64,000 nucleotides of DNA from a virus (lineage: Duplodnaviria; Caudoviricetes), in the IMG/VR virus record IMGVR_UViG_3300025383_000009; one strand, 5' to 3'. The number at the start of each line of letters is the position of its first letter. Positions within the stretch are counted from its first letter, which is position 1. A program made the translations under genes and the position numbers. Positions 48,054 to 55,639 of the stretch are shown in pieces. A model generated the notes under the pieces. That model was not told the DNA's origin. It made no database searches and worked only from the letters and a program-made list of their open reading frames with translations.

Positions 48054-48825
48054 TCTTTTTCTCCTTAAATTGCCACATACCTTTTTTTTCACCTTGAATA
48101 ATCAATTGCTCTACCGCCAGGTCTGTAGCTGCTTTTATGGCGTGTATAGAAGCCTCTGTTTGAGATATTCCTATCTCTTGTTCAAAATTTTGTGTTCCAT
48201 TATCAAAAAACTTAAATATAGCTACACCTGCTGTATAACTCAATATGGTTTTTTGAGCGTTTACTGTTAATAGCACTTCACCTGTTTGTGTGCTAATTGC
48301 TCTTATGCTTACAGTTACAACATCTTCTTGATATTGTGTGTCTGGTCCAATTCCTAACCAACGAACACCAATACCACCTGTTCTTATGTTTGTATCGTAA
48401 CTTATAATACCTCCTTCAATAATCATACCTGCATATAACATAGGTCTGATACCAGAAGGATCTTTTGCTTCATCTCTTGCTGAACGAATTAATTGTCTTT
48501 CTTTTAATAAATTATCAATACCAACTCGTTCTACTATTCTAAACCATTTTCCGTCACCAGCATCTTCTAATGACTTTAACAATACTGTTTCACCACCTTG
48601 TGTTACAGCGGATGATAACTTAGCAATCGTAGCAGAATCTTTTCTTTGACCAGTTTTATCAGCAAAGCTATAAACAGCTACAACTACTTTACCATTAACA
48701 GGTTCAGGTAACGGAGTCTTAGCCCATTTCATTGGCATAAGCTCTGGTTCTTTTTTAATAACATTCATTGGCGGTGTGCAACCAATTACTGCTATACACA
48801 TAAGTGCTATTAATATTTTTTTCAT
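48043..48825 (-). CDS. csgG: Curli secretion channel CsgG
   Basis: Lipobox VIGC; VAVYSFADKTGQRK, SSAVTQG, WFRIVER.GIDNLLKERQLIR and IIEGGIISYDTN motifs. Confidence 0.9.
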   Translation of the reverse strand: MKKILIALMCIAVIGCTPPMNVIKKEPELMPMKWAKTPLPEPVNGKVVVAVYSFADKTGQRKDSATIAKLSSAVTQGGETVLLKSLEDAGDGKWFRIVERVGIDNLLKERQLIRSARDEAKDPSGIRPMLYAGMIIEGGIISYDTNIRTGGIGVRWLGIGPDTQYQEDVVTVSIRAISTQTGEVLLTVNAQKTILSYTAGVAIFKFFDNGTQNFEQEIGISQTEASIHAIKAATDLAVEQLIIQGEKKGMWQFKEKKNEK

Positions 48826-48826
48826 A

Positions 48827-49264
48827 TTAGAAACTTAATGTTCCAATAGGAATACTAACTTGCGTCACATTACCATTTTGATCATTAACAGTCATGTTAA
48901 TCATGTCAGCTGTTTTGGTGTATGTAATAGTATTACCTTCAATGGTAACAGTTCCACTATTTTGTGGATTCTCACCAAACAGATTATTAATTAATTGTGT
49001 AGATAATTGAGCATAGACTCTGCTCTCAAAGTTAGTCAAGAACTTGGCTAATATAGTATTATTAGCGGCATTTGCTGCATCAATGGCTGCCTGTTTCTGT
49101 GCCGCTTCTATTGCTTGCTTGCGTGTGTATTCTGTGTTCTCGATAGTCTGTACATGAGAACTATATCCTATCCCAGAGAAGGAAGGAGATTTAAACTGAA
49201 ATACTTGTTCCGCATAAGCGTTACTGCTTATCAGTACTACTGCTAGGATCCTGGCGAGCTTCAT
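48827..49264 (-). CDS. csgF: Curli assembly protein CsgF
   Basis: Signal peptide then QVFQFKSPSFSG; FLTNFESRVYAQLS; adjacent to csgG. Confidence 0.85.
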   Translation of the reverse strand: MKLARILAVVLISSNAYAEQVFQFKSPSFSGIGYSSHVQTIENTEYTRKQAIEAAQKQAAIDAANAANNTILAKFLTNFESRVYAQLSTQLINNLFGENPQNSGTVTIEGNTITYTKTADMINMTVNDQNGNVTQVSIPIGTLSF

Positions 49265-49502
49265 TCTTCTCTTTCTCTCTTAAAGACAGAATAACGTTCA
49301 CCTTTTGATTGAGCCTAATAAGATCGTTGTCTAACATACGAATACGATCTATCAGTTCAATCAATACCTTATTTGAATCACCTAAAACTGGTTTAATTTC
49401 TTCTGTTACCCACTTCCATACATAAAAGATTAGATAACCTAATCCTCCAGCAGCAATAATGGGAAACCCATATTTGTTAATTAAAAATGCTATATCACCC
49501 AT
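49221..49502 (-). CDS. Small membrane protein (TM plus coiled coil)
   Basis: KYGFPIIAAGGLGYLIFYVW TM segment; paralogue of 49504. Confidence 0.65.
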   Translation of the reverse strand: MGDIAFLINKYGFPIIAAGGLGYLIFYVWKWVTEEIKPVLGDSNKVLIELIDRIRMLDNDLIRLNQKVNVILSLREKEKNEARQDPSSSTDKQ

Positions 49503-49503
49503 G

Positions 49504-49779
49504 TTAATCCCTTCGGGCGTCAGATTGTTCTGCTCTTGCTATTCTATCCAAATCAGGTGGGATACCTAAGGCATGACTTACTTTGGTATCTATACGAATG
49601 ACGTCATGATTCATAGCTGCGACTCTTTTGTCAAGGGCTATGATAATACCACTCATGCCTTTAACTCCAGATGTTACACCAGCTAAGATAAATTTGAGGG
49701 TTAAGAAAACGAAATATCCTCCAGCAAGAGCTGAGGCTATGGGAAATCCTACCTCTCCGACTAACTTAAGAAAATCCAT
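49504..49779 (-). CDS. Small membrane protein (TM plus coiled coil)
   Basis: EVGFPIASALAGGYFVFLTL TM segment; paralogue of 49221. Confidence 0.65.
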   Translation of the reverse strand: MDFLKLVGEVGFPIASALAGGYFVFLTLKFILAGVTSGVKGMSGIIIALDKRVAAMNHDVIRIDTKVSHALGIPPDLDRIARAEQSDARRD

Positions 49780-49796
49780 ATAGCTATTTATATAGA

Positions 49797-50885
49797 TTAT
49801 GTCTTAGTTTGGAGTTCGTCTATCTCTTGTTCTATAGTCTTATCAGGGTGTTCTGGGATATGATCTGCAGGCATCTTGGTTGGGTGCCAAGCTTCCTCAG
49901 TTGCTGGACTGATATACTCGTCAGGGTTAATACTATCCTCATAGTGCAAACCATGGTTGCCGTTCTGAGCTACAGTATCTATACGACTCTCATCCCAGTC
50001 TGCTTCTTCTGGGAGGGGTGTAGGATCTGGTTCAAGCCACTTACGTTTACGAGGCTTTTTCTTTTTAGGAGGATCAATAGGGTAATTGAGCCAAGGTTCT
50101 AGGTCCTCAGGTTCTACTTTAGGTTGACTTTTTTTTAGCGACCAGTTGACTGCTACTAACATTAGCACGGCAAGTGGATCGAACACTAACACGATCATGA
50201 TGATGACCCAACGGACAGCCTTTTCAAGCATGGTTTGGTCTAGAGTATCACCATAGATGAGTGCTGCGATGTACTTGATAGGACCAACCTCAGCCTCGAT
50301 CTTACGGGCTTGAGATGCCACGGGCGCACGTTCACCTTGTAGCTTAACTATAGCTGCCTGAGCTGATGAGATATCGTTCTGTAGTCTCTTACGTTCTGCA
50401 CCCTGTGATCGTCTAATCTGTACAGCTTTGTCTGCTCCTTGTTCGTCTGTAGATCTACTTAACTTCTGATCCACCTGAGCATCCATCTGAGCTAATGCTT
50501 TACGAGCTGCCTCGATGTTATCACGCTGTGTCTTGATCTTTTCATCAAAGATCTGTACTTGTGCTGATACGTCTCCAGCTGGGACAGCTTGGTCAAGGTG
50601 AGCTTTTGATAAGAAACCAAAAATACCCATAGATGTAATCATCATGAGGATAATTACTGCTGTAGTAAAGTAGATCCTAAATGTATTAGGAACATCTTGC
50701 CAGTTTCTGTATAACCATGAGGCTACGACTAACTTAGATACTTCAAGTATCCCACCCATGATGATGATTGGAACTACGGCTGCAGCAAATATAGCTGTTA
50801 AGCCTGCAATAGAGTAGAACGCAGCGATACAACTCAGCGATATTGCTGATACAAACATTATGCTCGTCATTACTTTATCGTTCAT
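49797..50885 (-). CDS. Multi-TM membrane protein with long coiled coil and Pro/acidic tail
   Basis: Three N-terminal TMs, coiled coil, C-terminal TM FDPLAVLML; QNGNHGLHY motif near the C-terminus. Confidence 0.7.
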   Translation of the reverse strand: MNDKVMTSIMFVSAISLSCIAAFYSIAGLTAIFAAAVVPIIIMGGILEVSKLVVASWLYRNWQDVPNTFRIYFTTAVIILMMITSMGIFGFLSKAHLDQAVPAGDVSAQVQIFDEKIKTQRDNIEAARKALAQMDAQVDQKLSRSTDEQGADKAVQIRRSQGAERKRLQNDISSAQAAIVKLQGERAPVASQARKIEAEVGPIKYIAALIYGDTLDQTMLEKAVRWVIIMIVLVFDPLAVLMLVAVNWSLKKSQPKVEPEDLEPWLNYPIDPPKKKKPRKRKWLEPDPTPLPEEADWDESRIDTVAQNGNHGLHYEDSINPDEYISPATEEAWHPTKMPADHIPEHPDKTIEQEIDELQTKT

Positions 50886-51172
50886 TTTTTCTTTGTTCTA
50901 GCTCTTGTCTCTACAATAAGAGCATCTTGTATACGGATCTTATCGTCCTGTGCCTTAATTTGTTTCTTTAAATCTTCTATACGTTCGATCAATATTAGAT
51001 CTTCTGAGTTTAGGTTATTCCATCTACTCGTTGCTTCATCTATACGTTTATTTTGATAGACGATCTGCTCATGATAATCCACCATCTGGATATAACACAT
51101 GAATGATGTATATAAACATGCAGCGCATAATAACGTTAACATGAATCCAATTACTCTCAACTTAATTCTCAT
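50882..51172 (-). CDS. Membrane-anchored coiled-coil protein
   Basis: N-terminal TM followed by a heptad-rich segment. Confidence 0.6.
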   Translation of the reverse strand: MRIKLRVIGFMLTLLCAACLYTSFMCYIQMVDYHEQIVYQNKRIDEATSRWNNLNSEDLILIERIEDLKKQIKAQDDKIRIQDALIVETRARTKKK

Positions 51173-51593
51173 ACTTTATATGACTCCTATGTACACGACA
51201 GTTCACGATCCCATTATACCACTTATCTGGGTTTTCTAATACTTCATTTTGCATTTGTAATTTTGCTTCAAAATAACTTGCGGTACCTTTGGATAAGCAA
51301 AACATTAGGATTTCCCGTTTGAACTTATCTTCTCCTAATGCCTTGACATCATCTATTACTTCTTTTGATGAGGACCAATATGTCCTCCAATCTGATTCTA
51401 TCTTGCTGCGGATTTTCTTTTTCTTTTTGTTACCGTTTTTAAGCGTAACTGTTCTTGTAGCAGTCTTAGAAAATTTAGTGAGTTTCTTACCAATATACTT
51501 TTTATTGGTAATGCAGTTAGTAATGATATATACAAACCCAACATATTTATCGTCAATAGTCTCAACGGGCACATTGTTGTACATCCATGTCAT
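51162..51593 (-). CDS. GIY-YIG nuclease (single domain)
   Basis: GFVYIITN...KKYIGKK...YWSSS...F.REIL...E motifs. Confidence 0.8.
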   Translation of the reverse strand: MTWMYNNVPVETIDDKYVGFVYIITNCITNKKYIGKKLTKFSKTATRTVTLKNGNKKKKKIRSKIESDWRTYWSSSKEVIDDVKALGEDKFKREILMFCLSKGTASYFEAKLQMQNEVLENPDKWYNGIVNCRVHRSHIKYEN

Positions 51594-51733
51594 TCATCAT
51601 CCTCGTCTTCTTCAAATATATCTGCACCGCATACTGGACAATACACAATATCTTCAATCGTAACATCGTTAGTCTTAACGGTCACCTTGCCTGTTGACTC
51701 ACAGTTCTCGCAATGAAAATATTTTGTTGCCAT
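51590..51733 (-). CDS. Zinc-ribbon protein (47 aa), not in ORF track
   Basis: MATKYFHCENCESTGKVTVKTNDVTIEDIVYCPVCGADIFEEDEDDE; coupled to nrdB (TAATG) and to the GIY-YIG gene (ATGA). Confidence 0.8.
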   Translation of the reverse strand: MATKYFHCENCESTGKVTVKTNDVTIEDIVYCPVCGADIFEEDEDDE

Positions 51734-52713
51734 TATTGGGCTCCTCCCCATACATCTTCCCATGAACCTTTAAGTGCACCCTTCGCATAGTCGGTTACAC
51801 GGTTCTCAAAGAAGTTACCATGAACTGGAGCATTGATCATCTCCTCAACCCATGGTAGCGGGTTCTTTTTAACTTTAAAAATACCTTTTAATCCGAGTGA
51901 GATCAAACGCCTATCAGCGATGTAACGGATGTATTGTTTAACATCTACTGGCTCTAACTCTCTCATGTGTGTACCTGAGAATGATAAATCAATAAACTTA
52001 TCTTCGAGTTGAACCATCTTCTCAGCTATAGTATATATGCGACCCTTCAAGTCATCATTCCATATCTCGTTGTTCTCTTTGATAAATGTTTTAAATAGCT
52101 TAATCATGTTCTCAGCGTGCATAGTTTCATCAACGATTGACCATGTAACGATCTGACCCATACCTTTCATCAAACCATGACGAGGAAAATTAAGCAGCAT
52201 GATAAAAGAACTAAAAAGCTGCATACCCTCCGTGAAAGCAGAGAATACTGCGATGTGCGTTGCAGTTGAAGATAAGTCACCGTTTTTCGAACTGAGTTCC
52301 GTAACATAGTCGTGTTTGTCCTTCATTTCTTGGTATTCAAGGAATTCATTATATGTAGATTCTGGCATACCTAACGTCTCAATCAAGTGAGAGTATGCTG
52401 CGATATGTAATGCTTCGCGAGCCGCAAAGCCCATAAGCATCATTCGAACTTCTGGTTGAGGGAAGTATGGTAGGTAGTTCTTAACATAACCGCCGGCAAC
52501 GTCGATGTCACCTTGCGTAAAGAACCTAAATATATTAGTAAGGAACTGCTTCTCTTCCTTTGTTAACTTCTTCTTCCAGTCCTTAACATCTTCTGCCATA
52601 GGAACTTCTGTATGTAACCAATGTGCCTGTTCATGTTTCAACCATGCGTCATATGCCCATGGATAATTGAATGGCTTAAAGTATTCTCTCGTATCGGTTA
52701 ATTTGTCTGCCAT
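51733..52713 (-). CDS. nrdB: Ribonucleotide reductase class Ia beta subunit
   Basis: FFTQGD, EALHIAAY, EGMQLF and DETMH di-iron motifs. Confidence 0.96.
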   Translation of the reverse strand: MADKLTDTREYFKPFNYPWAYDAWLKHEQAHWLHTEVPMAEDVKDWKKKLTKEEKQFLTNIFRFFTQGDIDVAGGYVKNYLPYFPQPEVRMMLMGFAAREALHIAAYSHLIETLGMPESTYNEFLEYQEMKDKHDYVTELSSKNGDLSSTATHIAVFSAFTEGMQLFSSFIMLLNFPRHGLMKGMGQIVTWSIVDETMHAENMIKLFKTFIKENNEIWNDDLKGRIYTIAEKMVQLEDKFIDLSFSGTHMRELEPVDVKQYIRYIADRRLISLGLKGIFKVKKNPLPWVEEMINAPVHGNFFENRVTDYAKGALKGSWEDVWGGAQ

Positions 52714-53255
52714 TAGATGTTCAACTCTTTCTTTAGTTCGTTAAATAAATTCATACAATGATCAAATCCTGCTATTGCTTCGTCTAATAGATCTATACTT
52801 AACTTAGAGTCTATGTATGCAATGCATGCAGGTCTATCTTCAAATGCATAAGCATGACTGGGTCCTGGTACTAACTTACCTATCATCTTACCACCGTATA
52901 AATCACCCATATGTCTTACATATACATGAGCCATGATCTGGTCTGGTCGACTATCAGCTAAAGATAATAGATGAAACATGTAATTCTTTGTACTTATATA
53001 AGGTGCCACGATAGTTCCACCTAACTCTGCAATATCAAGTGATATCTTATGAGTACGTCTAAGGTCTTCCATACCTTCAAACAGCCCATGAACTGTAGCG
53101 CATGCTTCTAGTGTAGAGTATATATGCCACATCTGTTGAAGGTATGTAAGATAGTGTTCCTTAGTTATCTTACCAGTGAACATATACTGGACAAAATCAG
53201 ATCCTTCGACCTCTTTGTGTTTTGCTCGAGTATGTTCTGTAAGTATCGTTGCCAT
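52713..53255 (-). CDS. Heme oxygenase
   Basis: T...H..VE...F, Y..YL, AHVYVRHMGDLYGG motifs. Confidence 0.88.
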   Translation of the reverse strand: MATILTEHTRAKHKEVEGSDFVQYMFTGKITKEHYLTYLQQMWHIYSTLEACATVHGLFEGMEDLRRTHKISLDIAELGGTIVAPYISTKNYMFHLLSLADSRPDQIMAHVYVRHMGDLYGGKMIGKLVPGPSHAYAFEDRPACIAYIDSKLSIDLLDEAIAGFDHCMNLFNELKKELNI

Positions 53256-53971
53256 TACTTAGCGATTGGTAAGTTAAACTTAATACCAGTTGCTTGCTCG
53301 ATTGCTGGTACAGTTGTTTGATACTTAGGCAAGTCTTTAACGGGTAATGCAGCGTTTGGCATTAACCATGCAGTAACTTTCTTACTATTCTTTTCATAAA
53401 CGATCTTATATAAACGAGTAGGGATACCTAAACCACTACCGATCTTTTGATAACCTTGATCCCAAATACCACCAGAGATAACATAGAAGTCTGTGTTTGG
53501 TGTTGCAACCCATTGACGTTCATATGTTTCTGCTTGTTTCCAAATACCACGATTGTTGTTAGCTACTTGTGGAACCATGTTTGATAAGTTAAAACTCTCA
53601 CTCATGATCGCATCGCTCTGTGTGTTGTTACCTGCTGGTGCCATATGACCGCGGTCATGTGTTTTACCAACGATAGCATAGTCAGCTAGGGATGCTGAAC
53701 AGTTAGGTGTTACTAATGCATCAGGGTGAAAATTATCTTTACGTTTTGCTGGTCCACTGATTGCTGCTTTTGTTAAATGCTCAAACACTGCTTCTGGAGC
53801 TTTAACATCACAACGATGGATTACTGCATAGTTTAAATGACATAACTCTTGGTCACCTGCTTTTGCTGTATATGTTGGTAATGCTGCTTCAAACTGACTG
53901 CAGTCTTTTAAACCTGCAAATGCTGCTGTTGTTGCTGATGCAAAAAATAATGCTGCTATAATCTTTTTCAT
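53255..53971 (-). CDS. Secreted DNA/RNA non-specific endonuclease (NucA/EndoG family)
   Basis: Signal peptide; DRGHMAPA, ESFNLSNMVPQ and NRGIW motifs. Confidence 0.92.
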   Translation of the reverse strand: MKKIIAALFFASATTAAFAGLKDCSQFEAALPTYTAKAGDQELCHLNYAVIHRCDVKAPEAVFEHLTKAAISGPAKRKDNFHPDALVTPNCSASLADYAIVGKTHDRGHMAPAGNNTQSDAIMSESFNLSNMVPQVANNNRGIWKQAETYERQWVATPNTDFYVISGGIWDQGYQKIGSGLGIPTRLYKIVYEKNSKKVTAWLMPNAALPVKDLPKYQTTVPAIEQATGIKFNLPIAK

Positions 53972-54243
53972 TTATTGTCCTCGGTTTCTAAATATATATT
54001 ACACTCACTTACTGTTATGTCTTTGATCTTCACTTTCTTACCATCAATCCTCACAAAGACATGAGGTTCAACGTACTTCTTCTTTAAAGATGCTGCATTG
54101 TTTGTTGCTAAAAAGATATTACGTCCAGCATCTTTTAATCTTTTAATCATTCCTTCGATATGCATGTTATGTCCAGACCCTATAGTTTTCGTAAGCACAT
54201 GGATTTTTTGGATCCAACTCTCTGTAGAATAAACTGTTGACAT
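53968..54243 (-). CDS. Hypothetical protein
   Basis: 91-aa ORF; start uncertain because it overlaps the hss 3' end. Confidence 0.45.
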   Translation of the reverse strand: MSTVYSTESWIQKIHVLTKTIGSGHNMHIEGMIKRLKDAGRNIFLATNNAASLKKKYVEPHVFVRIDGKKVKIKDITVSECNIYLETEDNK

Positions 54244-55606
54244 CTTTGAATGGTGTCCATTTTGTCTCGACGAATGGGACTTTACCTAGATATGGGTCAG
54301 CATACTTCAATACGAAGTCATATGGTATTGCTTCTGGCTCCACATAACCTTCATTAGGATTCTCTATTGCCCATATCATTGCACCTAACATTGATGCAAC
54401 AACCTGTAATGATGTAGCGTTCTCTCCTGGTATTAGTCTCCTTGCTTCCTCGATAGTTAACTGTGAACCGTGCCACATACCAAAGTCATCCCCCAATAAT
54501 AGCACACCTAATTCATCCATACCACCCACGATCTCATCCTTAGCGATGCGTAGTTTAGTATGTAGATCTAACTCTTTACCTCTCATCTCATGTACTGAAG
54601 CGATAGCTGCATCACATGGTTGATAGACGTAGTATACTGATGGCCTAAACGATTTATCTTTAGTTTCAAAGTATTCTGATATCGTTACAGCTTCTGAGTG
54701 TTGGATATGGAAGCCATTGTATTGACCACCTAATGGAACCCATGATCTTAGTAACACTGATACACCGGGTTGGAATAGGTATGCAGTGTTACCTTGTGCT
54801 TTACCATTCTCTGGGTTAGTATCTTCGTGTGTACCCCAACCCATCTCAGCGGGAGCTCTACCTTCTGCCCAAAAACCTTCACATGACCATGTATTTACAA
54901 ACTCATTCTTTTCTTTTGGTTCACCAAGGACTTGTGTGTCACGTTCTGCAACATGTACTACCTTAACACCAACCTTCTTCATCAACTGTGCCCAACCTTC
55001 TTTATCGGTTGGTACTACATACTTGATGCCTTTCTTTTCTGCTAACTTGAGTAACGCTCTCTTAGTAAGGTGTGTCACCAAACCAGGGTTTGCACCATGA
55101 GTTCCAACAACCGTTGCTGCACCTTTGTACTTCTCTGCCATAGCACGAACTTCTTTATGAGTATGGTATAGTGTACGTTCTGCTAGTTTAGGGATAGTCT
55201 CGTCTGGTTCATCTTCCCATCTTTCAAGAGATGTATTGATGTAATGAACACCATGTTTTAAACACCATTCAAGGATCTCAAGTGCACCGATGTTTAGTGA
55301 TACATCGATAACAAACCCACCTTCATCTACATACTTTGATAGTGTAGATTCTAAGTTATTCCTTAAGATCTCTTTCTTAATGTATGTGACTGCAGACTTA
55401 CCATTACGTTCTTTAAAAGTTTTTTCGTTCTCACCCTTCTCAAGCACTATAATGTTAGATGCTTCAGATGTGATGTGTCTAAGGATTATTGGTAAGATCG
55501 CTTGACCTACAGATCCATAACCTAAGATCAAGATCTTCCTACCATCAAACTTTACATACTTCTTATTTTTATAGTCTATGAACTTACTAAAATTTTCTAT
55601 TGCCAT
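54167..55606 (-). CDS. hss: Homospermidine synthase
   Basis: ILGYGSVGQ, HGANPGLV, HVAERDTQ, FVNTWSCEGF and NATSLQV motifs. Confidence 0.93.
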   Translation of the reverse strand: MAIENFSKFIDYKNKKYVKFDGRKILILGYGSVGQAILPIILRHITSEASNIIVLEKGENEKTFKERNGKSAVTYIKKEILRNNLESTLSKYVDEGGFVIDVSLNIGALEILEWCLKHGVHYINTSLERWEDEPDETIPKLAERTLYHTHKEVRAMAEKYKGAATVVGTHGANPGLVTHLTKRALLKLAEKKGIKYVVPTDKEGWAQLMKKVGVKVVHVAERDTQVLGEPKEKNEFVNTWSCEGFWAEGRAPAEMGWGTHEDTNPENGKAQGNTAYLFQPGVSVLLRSWVPLGGQYNGFHIQHSEAVTISEYFETKDKSFRPSVYYVYQPCDAAIASVHEMRGKELDLHTKLRIAKDEIVGGMDELGVLLLGDDFGMWHGSQLTIEEARRLIPGENATSLQVVASMLGAMIWAIENPNEGYVEPEAIPYDFVLKYADPYLGKVPFVETKWTPFKDVNSLFYRELDPKNPCAYENYRVWT

Positions 55607-55639
55607 TTTAATCCCTATATTTTGTGAATAGTGTGAAGG

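Noticed and set aside
43765-49779. Host chromosomal contamination explaining the bacterial-like csg/cyclase genes
   Set aside because: The genes are compact and overlapping, match the AT-rich codon style of the phage structural genes, and are flanked by phage genes. Read-level confirmation is still advisable.
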